NCBI RefSeq assembly: GCF_006345805.1
Contig: NC_042999.1
Span: 45,198,001 to 45,262,000, forward strand
Length of the DNA stretch: 64,000 nt
Reading direction: 5' to 3'
Origin: Octopus sinensis
Lineage: Eukaryota
Below, one piece after another: positions 27,758 to 40,963 of this stretch. A program made the position numbers and the translations under genes. Position 1 is the first letter of the stretch. Each line of letters starts with the position of its first letter. The notes under the pieces were generated by a model. It searched no databases. It was not told the DNA's origin and was given only the letters and a program-made list of their open reading frames with translations.

Positions 27758-28167
27758 CTGGGGTGTTCAAAAAGACTCTCCGCAGTGAATTTTTTGGTGA
27801 ATGGATTATTTTGAAGGGACTTTGGCCACCAAGATCACCTGATTTAACACTGCCGGATTTTTTTTTTCTGGGGAGCAAGTAAAAGATCAGTGAACAAGAA
27901 TCACCCGAAAACCATTAATGAGCTAAAAGACTCAATCATAACCGTCACACAGTCCATACTGCATCAGACTCTCCAGGATGTATTTCAAAACATATGTCAA
28001 AGAGTCAATTTATGCATTGAAAATGAAGGATGACATTTTGAACACCTCTTATAAAGTTTTTTAAAATCTTGTAAAGTCTAATACATTCTTTTGTAGTCTT
28101 ATATTATCTTATAAATATTTATTTTGCAATATAATACTTACTGTGGAGAGACTTTTTGAACACTCTG
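27758..28167 (+). mobile_element. Internally deleted Tc1/mariner element
   Basis: TIRs GTGTTCAAAAAGACTCTCCGCAGT / ACTGTGGAGAGACTTTTTGAACAC; retains GLWPPRSPDL...HFEHLL*. Confidence 0.82.
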
Positions 28168-28187
28168 TATATAGACATATATATATA

Positions 28188-28260
<73 letters not shown>

Positions 28261-28860
28261 TATACACTTAAAGAAATATATACATAATTATAAATATATA
28301 TATTACTCTTTTACTCTTTTTCTTGTTTCAGTCATTTGACTGCAGCCATGCTGGAGCACCACCTTTAGTCGAGCAAATCGACCCCGGGACTTATTCTTTG
28401 TAAGCCCAGTACTTATTCTATCGGTCTCTTTTTGCCGAACCGCTAATTGACGGGGACGTAAACACACCAGTATCGGTTGTCAAGTGATGGTGGGGGGACA
28501 AACACAGACACACAAACATATACACACACATACATATATATATATACATATATACGACAGGCTTCTTTCAGTTTCCATCTACCAAATCCACTCACAAAGC
28601 ATTGATCGGCCCGAGGCTATATCAGAAGACACTTGCCCAAGATGCCACGCAGTGGGACTGAACCCGGAACCATGTGGTTGGTAAGCAAGCTACTTACCAC
28701 AAAGCCACTTCTGTATATATATATATATATATATATACGGTTTAAGTAATTGAGATTCAAGTGAGTTCTAATGAATTCACATGAATATGGTCCTTAACTA
28801 GGATGCACCGGAAATCTATATGGTGTTAACCATACGACAAGTGGGGTGATTACAAATAGG

Positions 28861-29276
28861 AAAAAAGAAACAAGAATGGATCAAAATATCGGTACAATTG
28901 TTTCGTACGAGGACATGTTTAATAAGCTACAAAAATTGCAGTAAATATAGATGGCTCGTACTCCTCAGCCGAAAAAACATCAGAGATTCCCAAACATCAA
29001 AAGGGGTAGATACAAATGAGGGTGTGAGTTTAACTGCATTGAAGAAAGTTCGATTCCTGGAGATCCGATGAAAGGTCTTGAACTTACAGAATATGTGCAT
29101 GTCCATATGTAGTTCATAGGGAATTGTTAATCAAGCTATGTGAAGAAATTTTGGATACAATCATGCGAAATTTCTGAGAATCCGAGTAAGAAGCAAAGTG
29201 ACAGTCTTATCGTGTAGAGGAACAGATTGTTATTGAAATTTACAAGAATCACAGAGAAGAGGAAGGAAGTAGAATT
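28861..29276 (-). repeat. Inverted pseudo-LTR arm (left) of the PLE
   Basis: Reverse complement of 32389-32804, with about four visible mismatches. Confidence 0.93.
28889..28972 (-). ncRNA. Type I hammerhead ribozyme (inverted pLTR copy)
   Basis: Reverse complement of 32693-32776. Confidence 0.87.
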
Positions 29277-31549
29277 GGTTTAACTCCCTTAAATGGTTTA
29301 ACTCCCTAACTAATACCAATAATCTAGCCTCCATTCAATTCGACATAAACAACTACTACTCTAGCATTTCCCCTATTCTATTAAATAAATCGCTTATATT
29401 CGTGATGAATCGCTCCCTCATATCTAGAGAGGAAATAGACATTATACTTTTAGCTAGAAAAACATTTATTGAGTTTGAGGGAAAATTATGGACCAGAGCA
29501 GATACCCCTAATAATTTCGATATTCCTATGGGCTCAAGTGATTCGGCTGAGGTGACCAACTTAGTCGGAGCATATCTAGTGAAATGCATAAAAAAGGAGA
29601 TTCCTGAATTGCAAGGTGGTTTATATAGAGATGATGCTTTGTTTGTTGTCCATACTAATAATAAATCACACATAGAAAGAATCAAAAAGAAAATTAATAG
29701 GTTCTTTAAAGATTTCAACCTTAGCATAACCTATGAACCAGGCATTAAAATAGCTAATTTTCTAGATATTACATTAGACCTTAACTCCAAACTACATTAC
29801 CCATTTAGAAAAGAAGGTGAAATCACTAGTTATGTAAGTAAATTATCTAATCATCCCCCTAATATAATTAATTCCTTAATTAGAAATATTTCCATGAGAA
29901 TATCCAAATTATCGTCTAATTTTGATATATTTAACTCACACTCAGGGCATTACAATGAGGCGTTATCTAGAGCAGGATATAACCAAAAAATTACTTATAT
30001 TGATATAGAAAACTTACAAACCCATAATAATTTAAATAATTTAAATAGCAATAACCACGTAAACAACAAAAACGATCAAGCCGGAAAGATACGTAGAGGT
30101 AGATTTAATACAACATCTAATCGTAATGATAATAAGTACAAGGATAACTACATAGACCATAACATAGATAGCCCTGATAAGACAATCTTAGATAAAATTA
30201 AGAAACATACAATTAGTAACGTAGACAACAATAAGGACCAAGCCAGAAATAATAGTAGAAATAGATTTACAACGGCAAAATATCCTAATGATATTAAGAA
30301 TATTAATAAGAACATAGCAGTGAACACTTGTAATAAGGATAAAATAAACTTGGATAAAACTAATAAACATGCAAATAGGAACATTAATAAATACAAAGAA
30401 TCTGATGATAGTAGGAACAATTCTAACCACCCTAACTCTAATTCTAAGAAATTTAATAAGAAAGACATAATATGGCTAAACATCCCTTTTAACTGTGCGT
30501 TTTTATCAGATATTCAGAGTAGATTCAAAACAATTCTTGAAAAAAATTTCCCATCCTCTCATAGATATCATAAAATTATTTCTAAAAAAACAGTCAGAAT
30601 TTCTTATTCAACCCTCCCAAATATGTCCACTTTAATAGCCAAAATCAATAATAATAACATAAAACTAGCCAGAAAAAATTTAAACAATAAAAATAAAAAT
30701 ACAATTGAAAATTGTAATAACATTACTGAAAGTAATAATTGCAACAATGATAATAAGGAATGTCATATAATAAATATAACCAATAGCTATAGAATTGCTA
30801 ACAATAATAATAACATAAATAGGAATGATCATGTTAATAATAAGAATAATATCAGGAATATAAGTACAGTGAATGAGGACAACAATGTTATCAGCAATAG
30901 CACTACACATTTAGAAAACAATACCGACAACAATACTAACAGCATCAACAATATTAATAATGATAGTAGGGTTATAGAACCAAATGATAGTGTAGGAATA
31001 CCGATAAATGATAATACTACTTTAGATAATAACATTAACTACAATAATGATAACATTATTTTAGATAACAGCATCAACAATATTAATAATGTAAGTAGAG
31101 CTATGGAACCAAATGAAAATGTAAGAATACCAATAAATGATAATACTACTTTAGGTAATAATATTAACTACAATAATGATAACATTATTTTAGATAGCAG
31201 CAATAACCAAAATCATGAAAAATATACCCGCACTGTTTCGAGCAACAGTAGTATGAGACTTCTATCCTCAAATTATTCTACTTCAAATTATAATTCCCCT
31301 AGATGTAACTGCAGAATTAAATCAAAATGCCCGGCACCTGGTTTATGCGGGTTAAATAACATAATCTACAAATGCTCCATAACCACAGATAATAATAAAT
31401 TCACTTATGTTGGATGTACCGTAAATTTTAAGAAAAGACTTAGCAATCATCTATCCTCCTTCAGATTACGTCATAAAGCTGATAGCACCACTCTTTCTAG
31501 TAAAATTTGGGAACTAAAAAACAATAATATCAAATATAACCTTAATTGA
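29273..31549 (+). pseudogene. Penelope-like RT / GIY-YIG endonuclease polyprotein (N-terminally truncated; C-terminus disrupted)
   Basis: The frame is open from 29273 (listed ORF 29402-31549). Motifs: QFDINNYYSSIS (RT motif A), FDIPMGSSDSAEVTNLVG (motif B), GLYRDD (motif C), NFLDITLDL, SNHPP, IIWLNIPF...VRISYSTLPNM, CNC..CP..GLC, IIYK...YVG...FKKR..NH. After the TGA the frame reads ELIRRAIPYKNSRVGCQLCSMETFEI, then via frameshifts LNSRIELG..SCIH, ending near 31740. Confidence 0.9.
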
Positions 31550-32388
31550 GAATTAATTAGAAGAGCGATACCCTATAAAAATAGCAGAGTAGGTTGTCAA
31601 CTTTGCTCCATGGAAACATTTGAAATACTAATGTATAGAAAAAATAGGAAAAAATAGGGAAATTTCATTGAACAGCAGGATTGAATTAGGAAACATCTTG
31701 TATACACGCTCGAACTAAGACTCTTAAATATTTTAAATGATGTTTTAATTGGCAACAGTATATATTAAAATCACTTTGAATTATACTTTACTCCTACATA
31801 GTATATTATATATTTAATTAGACAGATACGATCTAACTAGCTATGATTATAAAGACCCCCTTCGGTCATGAATGACCATGGGATTGCACCTAGAAAGTTA
31901 CCCTCCTAGACACAAGTCCGGGCAAGGTTGTTTATGGAAGGCTAGCAGTCGTCCATGCATACCAGCCTCCCCTCTCCACGCCACCAGTGTTATCCAAGGG
32001 AAAGACAAAGGTCGATACAGCTTCATTTTCATTTTAACCTACTTATAGGAAATTAGTTAGGTAAACTTCTTAGTTTCTTTTACACTAATAATTAATTCTG
32101 CTAATCCTAAACCTATTATAATATAATATAATATAATATAATATAATTGTATGGTTTCATTAGAAAATAACTCCTTTTTTCTTTTTTTCTTTTCTTTTCT
32201 TCTGCCCTCTCATTGTAACCTGACAATCTATTAATAGTAACATTAATAAATAAAGAAATAAATTGACCTCAGTTCGAATTTTGCACCAAATAAGCTTAGA
32301 TATTTTCTTATAGTATCAACTTGTGTCCCTCCCTTTTAGCTTCCCGTTCCCTTCTCATTTTATAGCAATTAGTAGCAGTAACTGGTAA

Positions 32389-32804
32389 AATTCCACTTCC
32401 TTCCTCTTCTCTGTGATTCTTGTAAATTTCAATAACAATCTGTTCCTCTACACGATAAGACTGTCACTTTGCTTCTTACTCGGATTCTCAGAAATTTCGC
32501 ATGATTGTATCCAAAATTTCTTCACATAGCTTGATTAACAATTCACTATGAACTACATATGGACATGCACATATTCTGTAAGTTCAAGACCTCTCATCGG
32601 ATCTCCAGGAATCGAACTTTCTTCAATGCAGTTAAACTCACACCCTCATTTGTATCTACCCCTTTTGATGTTTGGGAATCTCTGATGTTTTTTCGGCTGA
32701 GGAGTACGAGCCATCTATATTTACTGCAATTTTTGTAGCTTATTAAACATGTCCTCGTACGAAACAATTGTACCGATATTTTGATCCATTCTTGTTGCTT
32801 TTTT
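32389..32804 (+). repeat. Pseudo-LTR arm (right) of the PLE
   Basis: Reverse complement of 28861-29276. Confidence 0.93.
32693..32776 (+). ncRNA. Type I hammerhead ribozyme (PLE pLTR)
   Basis: TCGG-CTGAGGA-GTACGAG...CTCGTAC-GAA-ACAATTGT-A-CCGA. Stem I tcgg/ccga, 7-bp stem II, palindromic stem III ACAATTGT, GUA cleavage triplet. Confidence 0.88.
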
Positions 32805-33032
32805 GCTATATATATATATATATTATATATATATATATATATATTTAAATACACACACACACACATATATATATATGTATACTTATACTGTTGTGTCTGG
32901 GGAGAGTCATTTTCTTCTTGTGCCTTATAATTTAACACACTCACCGGTAATAAATATATATCTATATACATATATTTATAAATACATATAATATATATAA
33001 TATATAATATATAATATATATATATATATATA

Positions 33033-33108
<76 letters not shown>

Positions 33109-33249
33109 TTAAATCAATATCGACAAGGATGGGTAATATCACATCTTTATTTGAGGATTACATCATAGAAGTCCAACAATTGTTTTTATTGTGCAAGCTT
33201 ACAAGATATCTGTCCAGATTTATTAATCACTATGACTGGATGCTATATA

Positions 33250-33285
<36 letters not shown>

Positions 33286-34060
33286 CATATATGTAAGCAC
33301 ACATCTTAAACTGTTTTTATAAAGCCAAAACAATGCAATTGAAATCCAGTTACTCAGAGGCTTGGTTGCTTGGCTGGTTTGAGGATAGGTGTCCTGGTAG
33401 TCAGTCTCTTTATGGTGGTCAGGTGTCTGCACAAAGCTAAGCATCAATATGGTGCTAGAGAGGGAGCTCATCAGGATCATCAGGACCGGTTTGTCCTAGG
33501 AGGGTCAATTTGGCCCAGTGGGGAAATGCAGAAGACAAAAGACACTGTGTGAAGCTGTAGTGGGATCACATCTGTGAATATTCATTGGTTAGCAGCTTGT
33601 TTGATATAATTAGACTCAAACCTTTTTTTTTTATATACAGGAGGTGCTCCAGTTTGGCCATAACCTTTGGGCTGAAATATGTAAAAGATATAAAATGATG
33701 TTGTGAGTTGACTTCTCTGTTTTGTGCTCTAGTTTGTGTGTACATAAACCATGTGAGTGTGTGTGTGTATGCGTGTTTATATGTGTGTGAGTGTGTGAGT
33801 GCGCACATGTGTGTATATGTGTGTGTGTGAAAATATTCTGTACTTATAGCCTCTTCTATAGCACGGTTTCACTAGTTTCCAAGAATTTGAGTACAGCAAT
33901 CTTTTGAAAATTCTGTCATTGCTGTTGAAGTAAAGATAAGTTTGGGAGATGCCATATGATGAGTGACAGTTACTTGTGATCCCTCTGCTGACCCAAAAGA
34001 AGGTACCAAAAATTTCATATTGTGTCTGTAAGTAAGCATAACCTCTGCCTTTCCATTCAG

Positions 34061-34521
34061 GATGTGATATTTCTCAGCCAAACATAAACAATTATTATAT
34101 TGGTTTACTCTCTCCAGGATAGGTCATGCAACAGCAGTAAATTCATTCTATTTTTGCAGGAACATGGATAACCAGCAATATGCATGTGCAATTTATCATT
34201 ACTATGATGTGATATTTCTCAGTTAAACAAATTATTATTGTTTTGGTTTATTTTATTTAAGGTATATCATCCAATGTTAATAGACTCATCCTACATTTTT
34301 ATTATTTTTGCAAGAACATTGAATGATTAACAAGTGCACGTGTGTTTTATCAGTGCTGTGATGTGATATTTCTCAGTCAAACATAAATTTTTATGATATT
34401 GGTTTACTCTATCCAGAGTAGAACATGTTATGTTAGTAGAATTACCCTTTCTATTTCTTTTTTGTTTTGTTTTGTTTTGCAAGAATCCTGACAATGCACG
34501 TATGTGTTTTATCAGTATTGT
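34061..34521. repeat. Three diverged ~145-160-bp tandem units
   Basis: GATGTGATATTTCTCAG recurs at 34061, 34206 and 34360, with colinear downstream motifs. Confidence 0.8.
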
Positions 34522-35362
34522 CTTGGATTATGGATTATTGACTTCTCTCGTACAACTTTTTAGCATTCTTGACAACAACATCTGTTGATTCCCTTCCATG
34601 TGTATGCTTTACTGTAGTAGCTTTTGTTGAGAAAAAAAAATGGATTTGCTTTTAGTTTTTAACTTCCAGAATAAAGTAAAAAGCATTAAAAGTGAAAGTA
34701 GAAACTATCTCAACTGTCACGTGTGTGTGAGTGTGAGTGCATGTGTGTGTGTGTGTGCATGTGAGTATGTATATGAATAAATCAATAATAAAAAAAATCA
34801 AAACCCGCACATCATGCCCACCGTATCAAATCAATGAGTATATAAAATCTAATAAAAGGAAATTTAATGACTGTACTTCGTTGCACACTGATGTATAGCT
34901 GGCATCAGATAAATTCTGCTTGGCTTGTCCATACAAATCCGCTAACATGACAGCCAGATAATTCATTAAAGTCTGGAAACCTATACAAGAGGCAGACTTA
35001 CTGATAAAGTGTGTGAAGTAATGAGGTCTATTAAGTTCGTATTAACACTTTACCAAGATTTACGACATCTTTGCCCATATTCTCCTTATTAAATGCTATT
35101 TTGTGTCCTCTGTTCCCATTATTTGGGCATGATATCACTGACCTTGTTTGCTGCAGTGGAACAAACTCGTTATTTAGTCATGATTGAATAAGAATACATA
35201 GGGTGAAATTACCTGTCCAAACCATTGAGACTGCAAACACATATAATATCAGAAATGTACACACACACACACACACACACTCACACACACACTCACACAT
35301 ACACAAACCAGAGACAAATTACACTGTTACACACATACACATACATATGTACATATATATAC

Positions 35363-35424
<62 letters not shown>

Positions 35425-35428
35425 GCAT

Positions 35429-35489
<61 letters not shown>

Positions 35490-35499
35490 TATATACATA

Positions 35500-35566
<67 letters not shown>

Positions 35567-35621
35567 CACATGCATATATATATACACATGCATATATATA
35601 TACACATGCATATATATATAT

Positions 35622-35654
<33 letters not shown>

Positions 35655-35933
35655 GTTTGTAAGATTTGAATGTGTGCTTATTTCTGTTTCATTGTGTGTG
35701 TATATGTGTGTCTGTTTGTGTTTGTACAGGTCGTATGTTTCAAAATTGTTAAAATAACATCACATAGATATAAACATAATGCTTGTCATATTTGATGACA
35801 CGTTCCACATCATTCGGTTATGGCTTAATGTTTTATCTCTATCGCAAATATAACTAATGTAACTAAGAAAATAGATGCCAAACACATCACTATCACCGTC
35901 ACTGTCATGTTGATGATGATGATGATGATGATG

Positions 35934-35965
<32 letters not shown>

Positions 35966-37139
35966 TAATTTAAGACCATTTTCTCCAAGCTAGCTTGGTC
36001 ACTCACCATGAAGCTTCATCTAGCCACCCACTGCATTCACTCAGATAATTTATCTTGCAACACATCAATCTTTTGCTTTGTCACTCTCTCCAGTCTTTCA
36101 TCATCCGACATAATACTAAAGCAGAGGCAAAAAGAAAATTATCACCTCTGACAGTGTGGCTGTATGGGTAAGAAGATTGCTTCCCAACCATATGGTTTCT
36201 AGTTCAGTTCCAGTGCAAGACAACTTGGGTAAATGTCTTCAACTATAACTCTGGGATTACCAAAGCCTTGCATAAGTAGATTTGGTGGACAGAAACTGAA
36301 AGAAGACTGTCATATCATCATTGTCTTTTGGTCATATCAACATCGTCATATCATCATTGTCATCGTATAAGGCAGCGAACTGGCAGAAACGTTAGCACGC
36401 TGCACGAAATACTTAACAGTATTTCATCTGCCACTACATTCTGAGTTCGAAATTCCACTGACGTCGACTTTGCCTTTCATCCTTTCAGGGTCGATAAATT
36501 AATTACCAGTTACGCACTGTGATCGATGCAATCGACTTAACCCCTTTGTCTGTCCTTGTTTGTCCTCTCTATGTTTAGCCCTTTGTGGGCAACAAAGAAA
36601 TAAGAAACTGAAAGAAGACTCATATCATCATCATCGTCGTTGTCATCATCATCGTCGTCATTATTTAGTGTCCATTTATGATGCTGGCATGGGTTGGACT
36701 ATTGGATAAGAATTGGCCAACCAGAGAGCTGCCCAGGCTCCAGTTGTCTGTTTTGGTTAGGTTTCTACTGTTGGATGGTCTTCCTAATGCCAACCGCTTT
36801 ACAGAGTGTACCGGGTGCTTTTAACATGGCACCAGCATGTAAACAGAAAAGAAAAACAACAAAAACAAAAAGAAGCAGTATGACCACTTTTATGCATAAA
36901 AACAGTTGAAAAGAAAAACATTAAGAAATAAATAAGAATTGTAATATTGTAACAGAATACATATTAACCATAGATCTTGGACTACAGTCCGAGGGATCGC
37001 AATAGAATAAAAGTTCCTGGTAGAATGAGGGACATTATTTTCTAGCTTAAAAATTCATTATTATTCAAATCTGTTAGAGGTACAAAGAACTTTTCCAAAA
37101 TGGTTTGATGTTTATAGTGCATCATCTCTTTACACAGTT

Positions 37140-37830
37140 CAGTGCAGAAGCTTAGCTATTGTAGAGTTCTGTAATTTTTGTTACATTCATGATTAGCATT
37201 GTTATTAGCATAAACTTTCAGACCTTCCTCTGTAAGTGCCAACGCTATAACAATATTGTTTGCAGTTGATTCAAGTGTAGTTACTGGAATTTTCAAATTC
37301 TCCTCTGTATTTTCAGCTTGTTTTTGTTCTAATGGCATCAGCTACTACATATCTGATAAACTTTCTCTATGGGACACAAGCAACGCAACCACATAATCTT
37401 CTGTAACTTCTCCAAACTCTACATAATTTGCAAGTGTCACAATATCTTTCCAAATTCAATGTAAACTTTCTATTTGTAGAAAACTTGTAAAAACATGGAT
37501 AAAATCTCGTCATATATTTTTTTATCCCTTTCCCCAAGAACCATCCCATTTTAAGCATCACATTAGATCTATGAAGAAATAAGGTCTAAGCAGTTGACAG
37601 AGTAACTTCTTGAGAATTAGCCTTAATTTTGCTTTATTGTTACACATTATTCTTCTTGTTGACATTGCAAGCTTTCATATCTTGGCAATGTGGCTGATTT
37701 CTTTCTCCCATGTCAAGCATATTTAAAACAAGTTTAAAAAGCCAGTGTAATCTTTTCACATTTTCTTTTCCCACAACTACTTCCTTTAGTTCTATTTGAT
37801 GGCTTCTTTTGAGACATTTGAATTGTAGGC
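37140..37830 (-). mobile_element. Possible pogo/Tigger-derived remnant
   Basis: KRKCEKITL..LNMLDMGER (CENP-B-like HTH start) and FGEVTEDYVVALLVSHRESLSD (Tigger-like C-terminus). TIRs not found. Confidence 0.45.
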
Positions 37831-38667
37831 AAATCCAATAGCACCAGCAATCAACAATTATCCACAACAAATATATTGTAAAATAAATAGCACCAGGTAA
37901 GAACTGCTTTATGAGAGCAAAAACTTCTTATGAGTATAAGAATGGAAATGAGAAGAGATGAACAGGTGAAGGTGTAAGTATGAAAAAGTGCTACATGGTT
38001 AGTTAGTCAAAATGTTGGCAGTGCATCTGCCTTGAGCCATAAAATTCCATAAGCTTCACATACACAAGCACACACACACACACACACACGCACACTCTCA
38101 CACACACACTCACACACACATGTCTGCTGTTTTGAAGCACAACATATGTAGCTACAGGCATTGATATCGTTTTGACATTTTTATTGTTGTCAGCAGTTGA
38201 TTATTCAAAAGTTGATGGGTTGGTAGTGGTGGTGGTGTTGATTATATTGGCTTTTGTGTTGGTGATGGTGAAGGTGTTGGTATTGTGGTGAGAGCATTGG
38301 TCATATTATTCTTGATAATTGTATTGTTGTTGCTGTTTAATTTCAAATCAATCCTCATTGACCTAAGATCAAAGGCATTTCATTCAACATTTAAAATACA
38401 CTAGTGCACTACATTATCTCATGTGACTGCTTTTTATTTCAGATGGAGTAGCCTATCTTGTTCATAATATAGTTGTTGTTGTTGTTGTTATTGTTGTTGT
38501 TGGTCATTAAAGGGTTGTTGGGATGGTAATGGTAGAGGTTGTATTGGTTTGGTGTTGAAGCTGGTTGTGTTAATGTTGATGATATATAGTAGTAATGGTG
38601 ATAACAGTTGGCATATATATATATATATATATATATAGATATATATATATATATATATCTATATATA

Positions 38668-38708
<41 letters not shown>

Positions 38709-39415
38709 TATATATATGTATATATAAATCTGTATATGTGTATATATACATATACATATACATATTTGTATATACACACAAAGACACACAGACATACACA
38801 CACACACACACACAGACACACATATAGACAAACAGACACCCAAATATTCAAAGTGAAAAATTCCAGTATTTTTACAGTGACACAGACAGAAAATCTTGCA
38901 ACTTGCATATACACACATATATTATGTGAGTGTGTGTTTATGTGTGTGTACATCTGTGTAATAATGTGTATGTATGTATGTATGTATGTATGTAGGTATT
39001 GTGATTATAGCTTTTCGTATTGTTAACTACTTTGAACTTTGAGAAAACACTGAGAAGAGGCCTTTAAGCTAAGAAGGAAGTGTAGTTTTTCGATTATCAA
39101 AATTTATCTCAGTTTCCATAATAGCGAAGTTTACAGTCTGTATGCTGAAATTAGTGGTCATACTTTACAATTCCCATAAGTGCAAAGTCACGTAACCATA
39201 ATGCAAAGGAGAATGAACAAGAATATCATGGCTTTAACCAGACAATTTGGGGAGAAATGAAATATCATGAACACTAGTGTAATTAACTAACTTGTTTTTT
39301 AAAAATATTTTAATAGATTTTCATTCATGCATTTTTGGTCTGTTAGTTCTGCTATATATTCTCCTATTGCACACTATTGCCACTTTTTCAAAGCTAAAGA
39401 CTATATGGGCATGTG

Positions 39416-39457
<42 letters not shown>

Positions 39458-39529
39458 TGTGTGTATATATATACATACATATATATATATATATCTATAT
39501 ATATATATATATATTTATTATATAGAAGG

Positions 39530-39580
39530 AGCTTCTACAGGACTAGTACTGTTTCATTCAAGAGAAATCTTCAGGAAGCT
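39530..39580 (-). ncRNA. Type I hammerhead ribozyme (inverted copy)
   Basis: Reverse complement of 40795-40845. Confidence 0.8.
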
Positions 39581-39728
39581 ATTTAACAAGAATTGTATTA
39601 GCATTTATACATATAGGCAGGTTAAAGGAGTGGTGGTGGGGGACTTTTTGGGGGTAGGCATAGCGCAAATATCATACTTGGGGGAGTGGTCAAGGAGTCA
39701 GTGGTAAGTTAGATGAAAGAATGGATAA

Positions 39729-39773
<45 letters not shown>

Positions 39774-40418
39774 AAAAAAATAATAATAAAAAAAAAAATA
39801 AATAAATAAAAAATAAAATAATAAAATAAAATAAAAAAATAAAAAAATAAAAATGCACACACAACACACCTAGTTCCCTATATACACATATTTACACCTA
39901 TATATACACATACACCCACATACGCATATGTACATATATATATATATATATACATATACACGCATACATATATATACATGTGTGCACATACATACACACA
40001 CACACATACATACCCATACACATACACATGTGTACCTATACATACCTACACACACACACATACATACAAACATATATATATATATATACAATCCAATACA
40101 GGCCCATTCCCTAATTTTAATTTTATTATCTTCATTTATTACTTTTGTTATCTTTGATCGCTAGAGCTAAGGATCCTGGCTATGGCAGCATGTCCATTTG
40201 TCTGTCTACTAGAAGGCAAGTACTCATTCCCGCACGCACACTCGTTAGCACGTACATTCACCCATTCGTACACTCATACACATACACGTACGCACGCGTT
40301 ATATTCATACATACAAATATCTACATACGTTCACGTATATACACATACGTACTCGTACCTACAGATTCGTGTCTACACTTTAGGAGGCTAGTCTATACAT
40401 ATACACCAATAAATATAC

Positions 40419-40449
<31 letters not shown>

Positions 40450-40528
40450 TACACACACACACATATATATACTCCTACATACAGATACATACCTATACAC
40501 ATATATATATATATACATACATACACAT

Positions 40529-40641
<113 letters not shown>

Positions 40642-40794
40642 TCTTTATCCATTCTTTCATCTAACTTACCACTGACTCCTTGACCACTCCCCCAAGTATG
40701 ATATTTTGCGCTATGCCTACCCCCAAAAAGTCCCCCACCACCACTCCTTTAAACCTGCCTATATGTATAAATGCTAATACAATTCTTGTTAAAT

Positions 40795-40845
40795 AGCTTC
40801 CTGAAGATTTCTCTTGAATGAAACAGTACTAGTCCTGTAGAAGCT
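40795..40845 (+). ncRNA. Type I hammerhead ribozyme
   Basis: AGCTTC-CTGAAGA-TTTCTCTTGAAT-GAA-ACAG-TACTAGTC-CTGT-A-GAAGCT. 6-bp stem I, short stem II (ttc/gaa), 4-bp stem III with near-palindromic loop, GUA triplet. Confidence 0.82.
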
Positions 40846-40931
40846 CCTTCTATATAATAAATTAATTTTACTCTGCTATGTATTGAGTACCTTACTTACT
40901 GTGGTTAACCCCGAATCAACCCGGGACCTAC

Positions 40932-40963
<32 letters not shown>

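Larger units (their letters stand above)
28738..32806 (+). mobile_element. Penelope-like retroelement (Naiad/Chlamys-type), 5'-truncated, with inverted pseudo-LTR, inserted in (TA)n
   Basis: RT + GIY-YIG reading frame at 29273-31549. 28861-29276 is the near-perfect reverse complement of 32389-32804. Each arm has a hammerhead motif, and (TA)n flanks both ends. Confidence 0.92.

Noticed and set aside
29356-31035. Antisense ORFs overlapping the PLE ORF
   Set aside because: Shadow frames of the AT-biased coding strand with no motifs.
33110-33243. TA-flanked island containing ACAATTGTTT, like the PLE hammerhead stem III
   Set aside because: No CUGANGA core is present; at most a decayed fragment.
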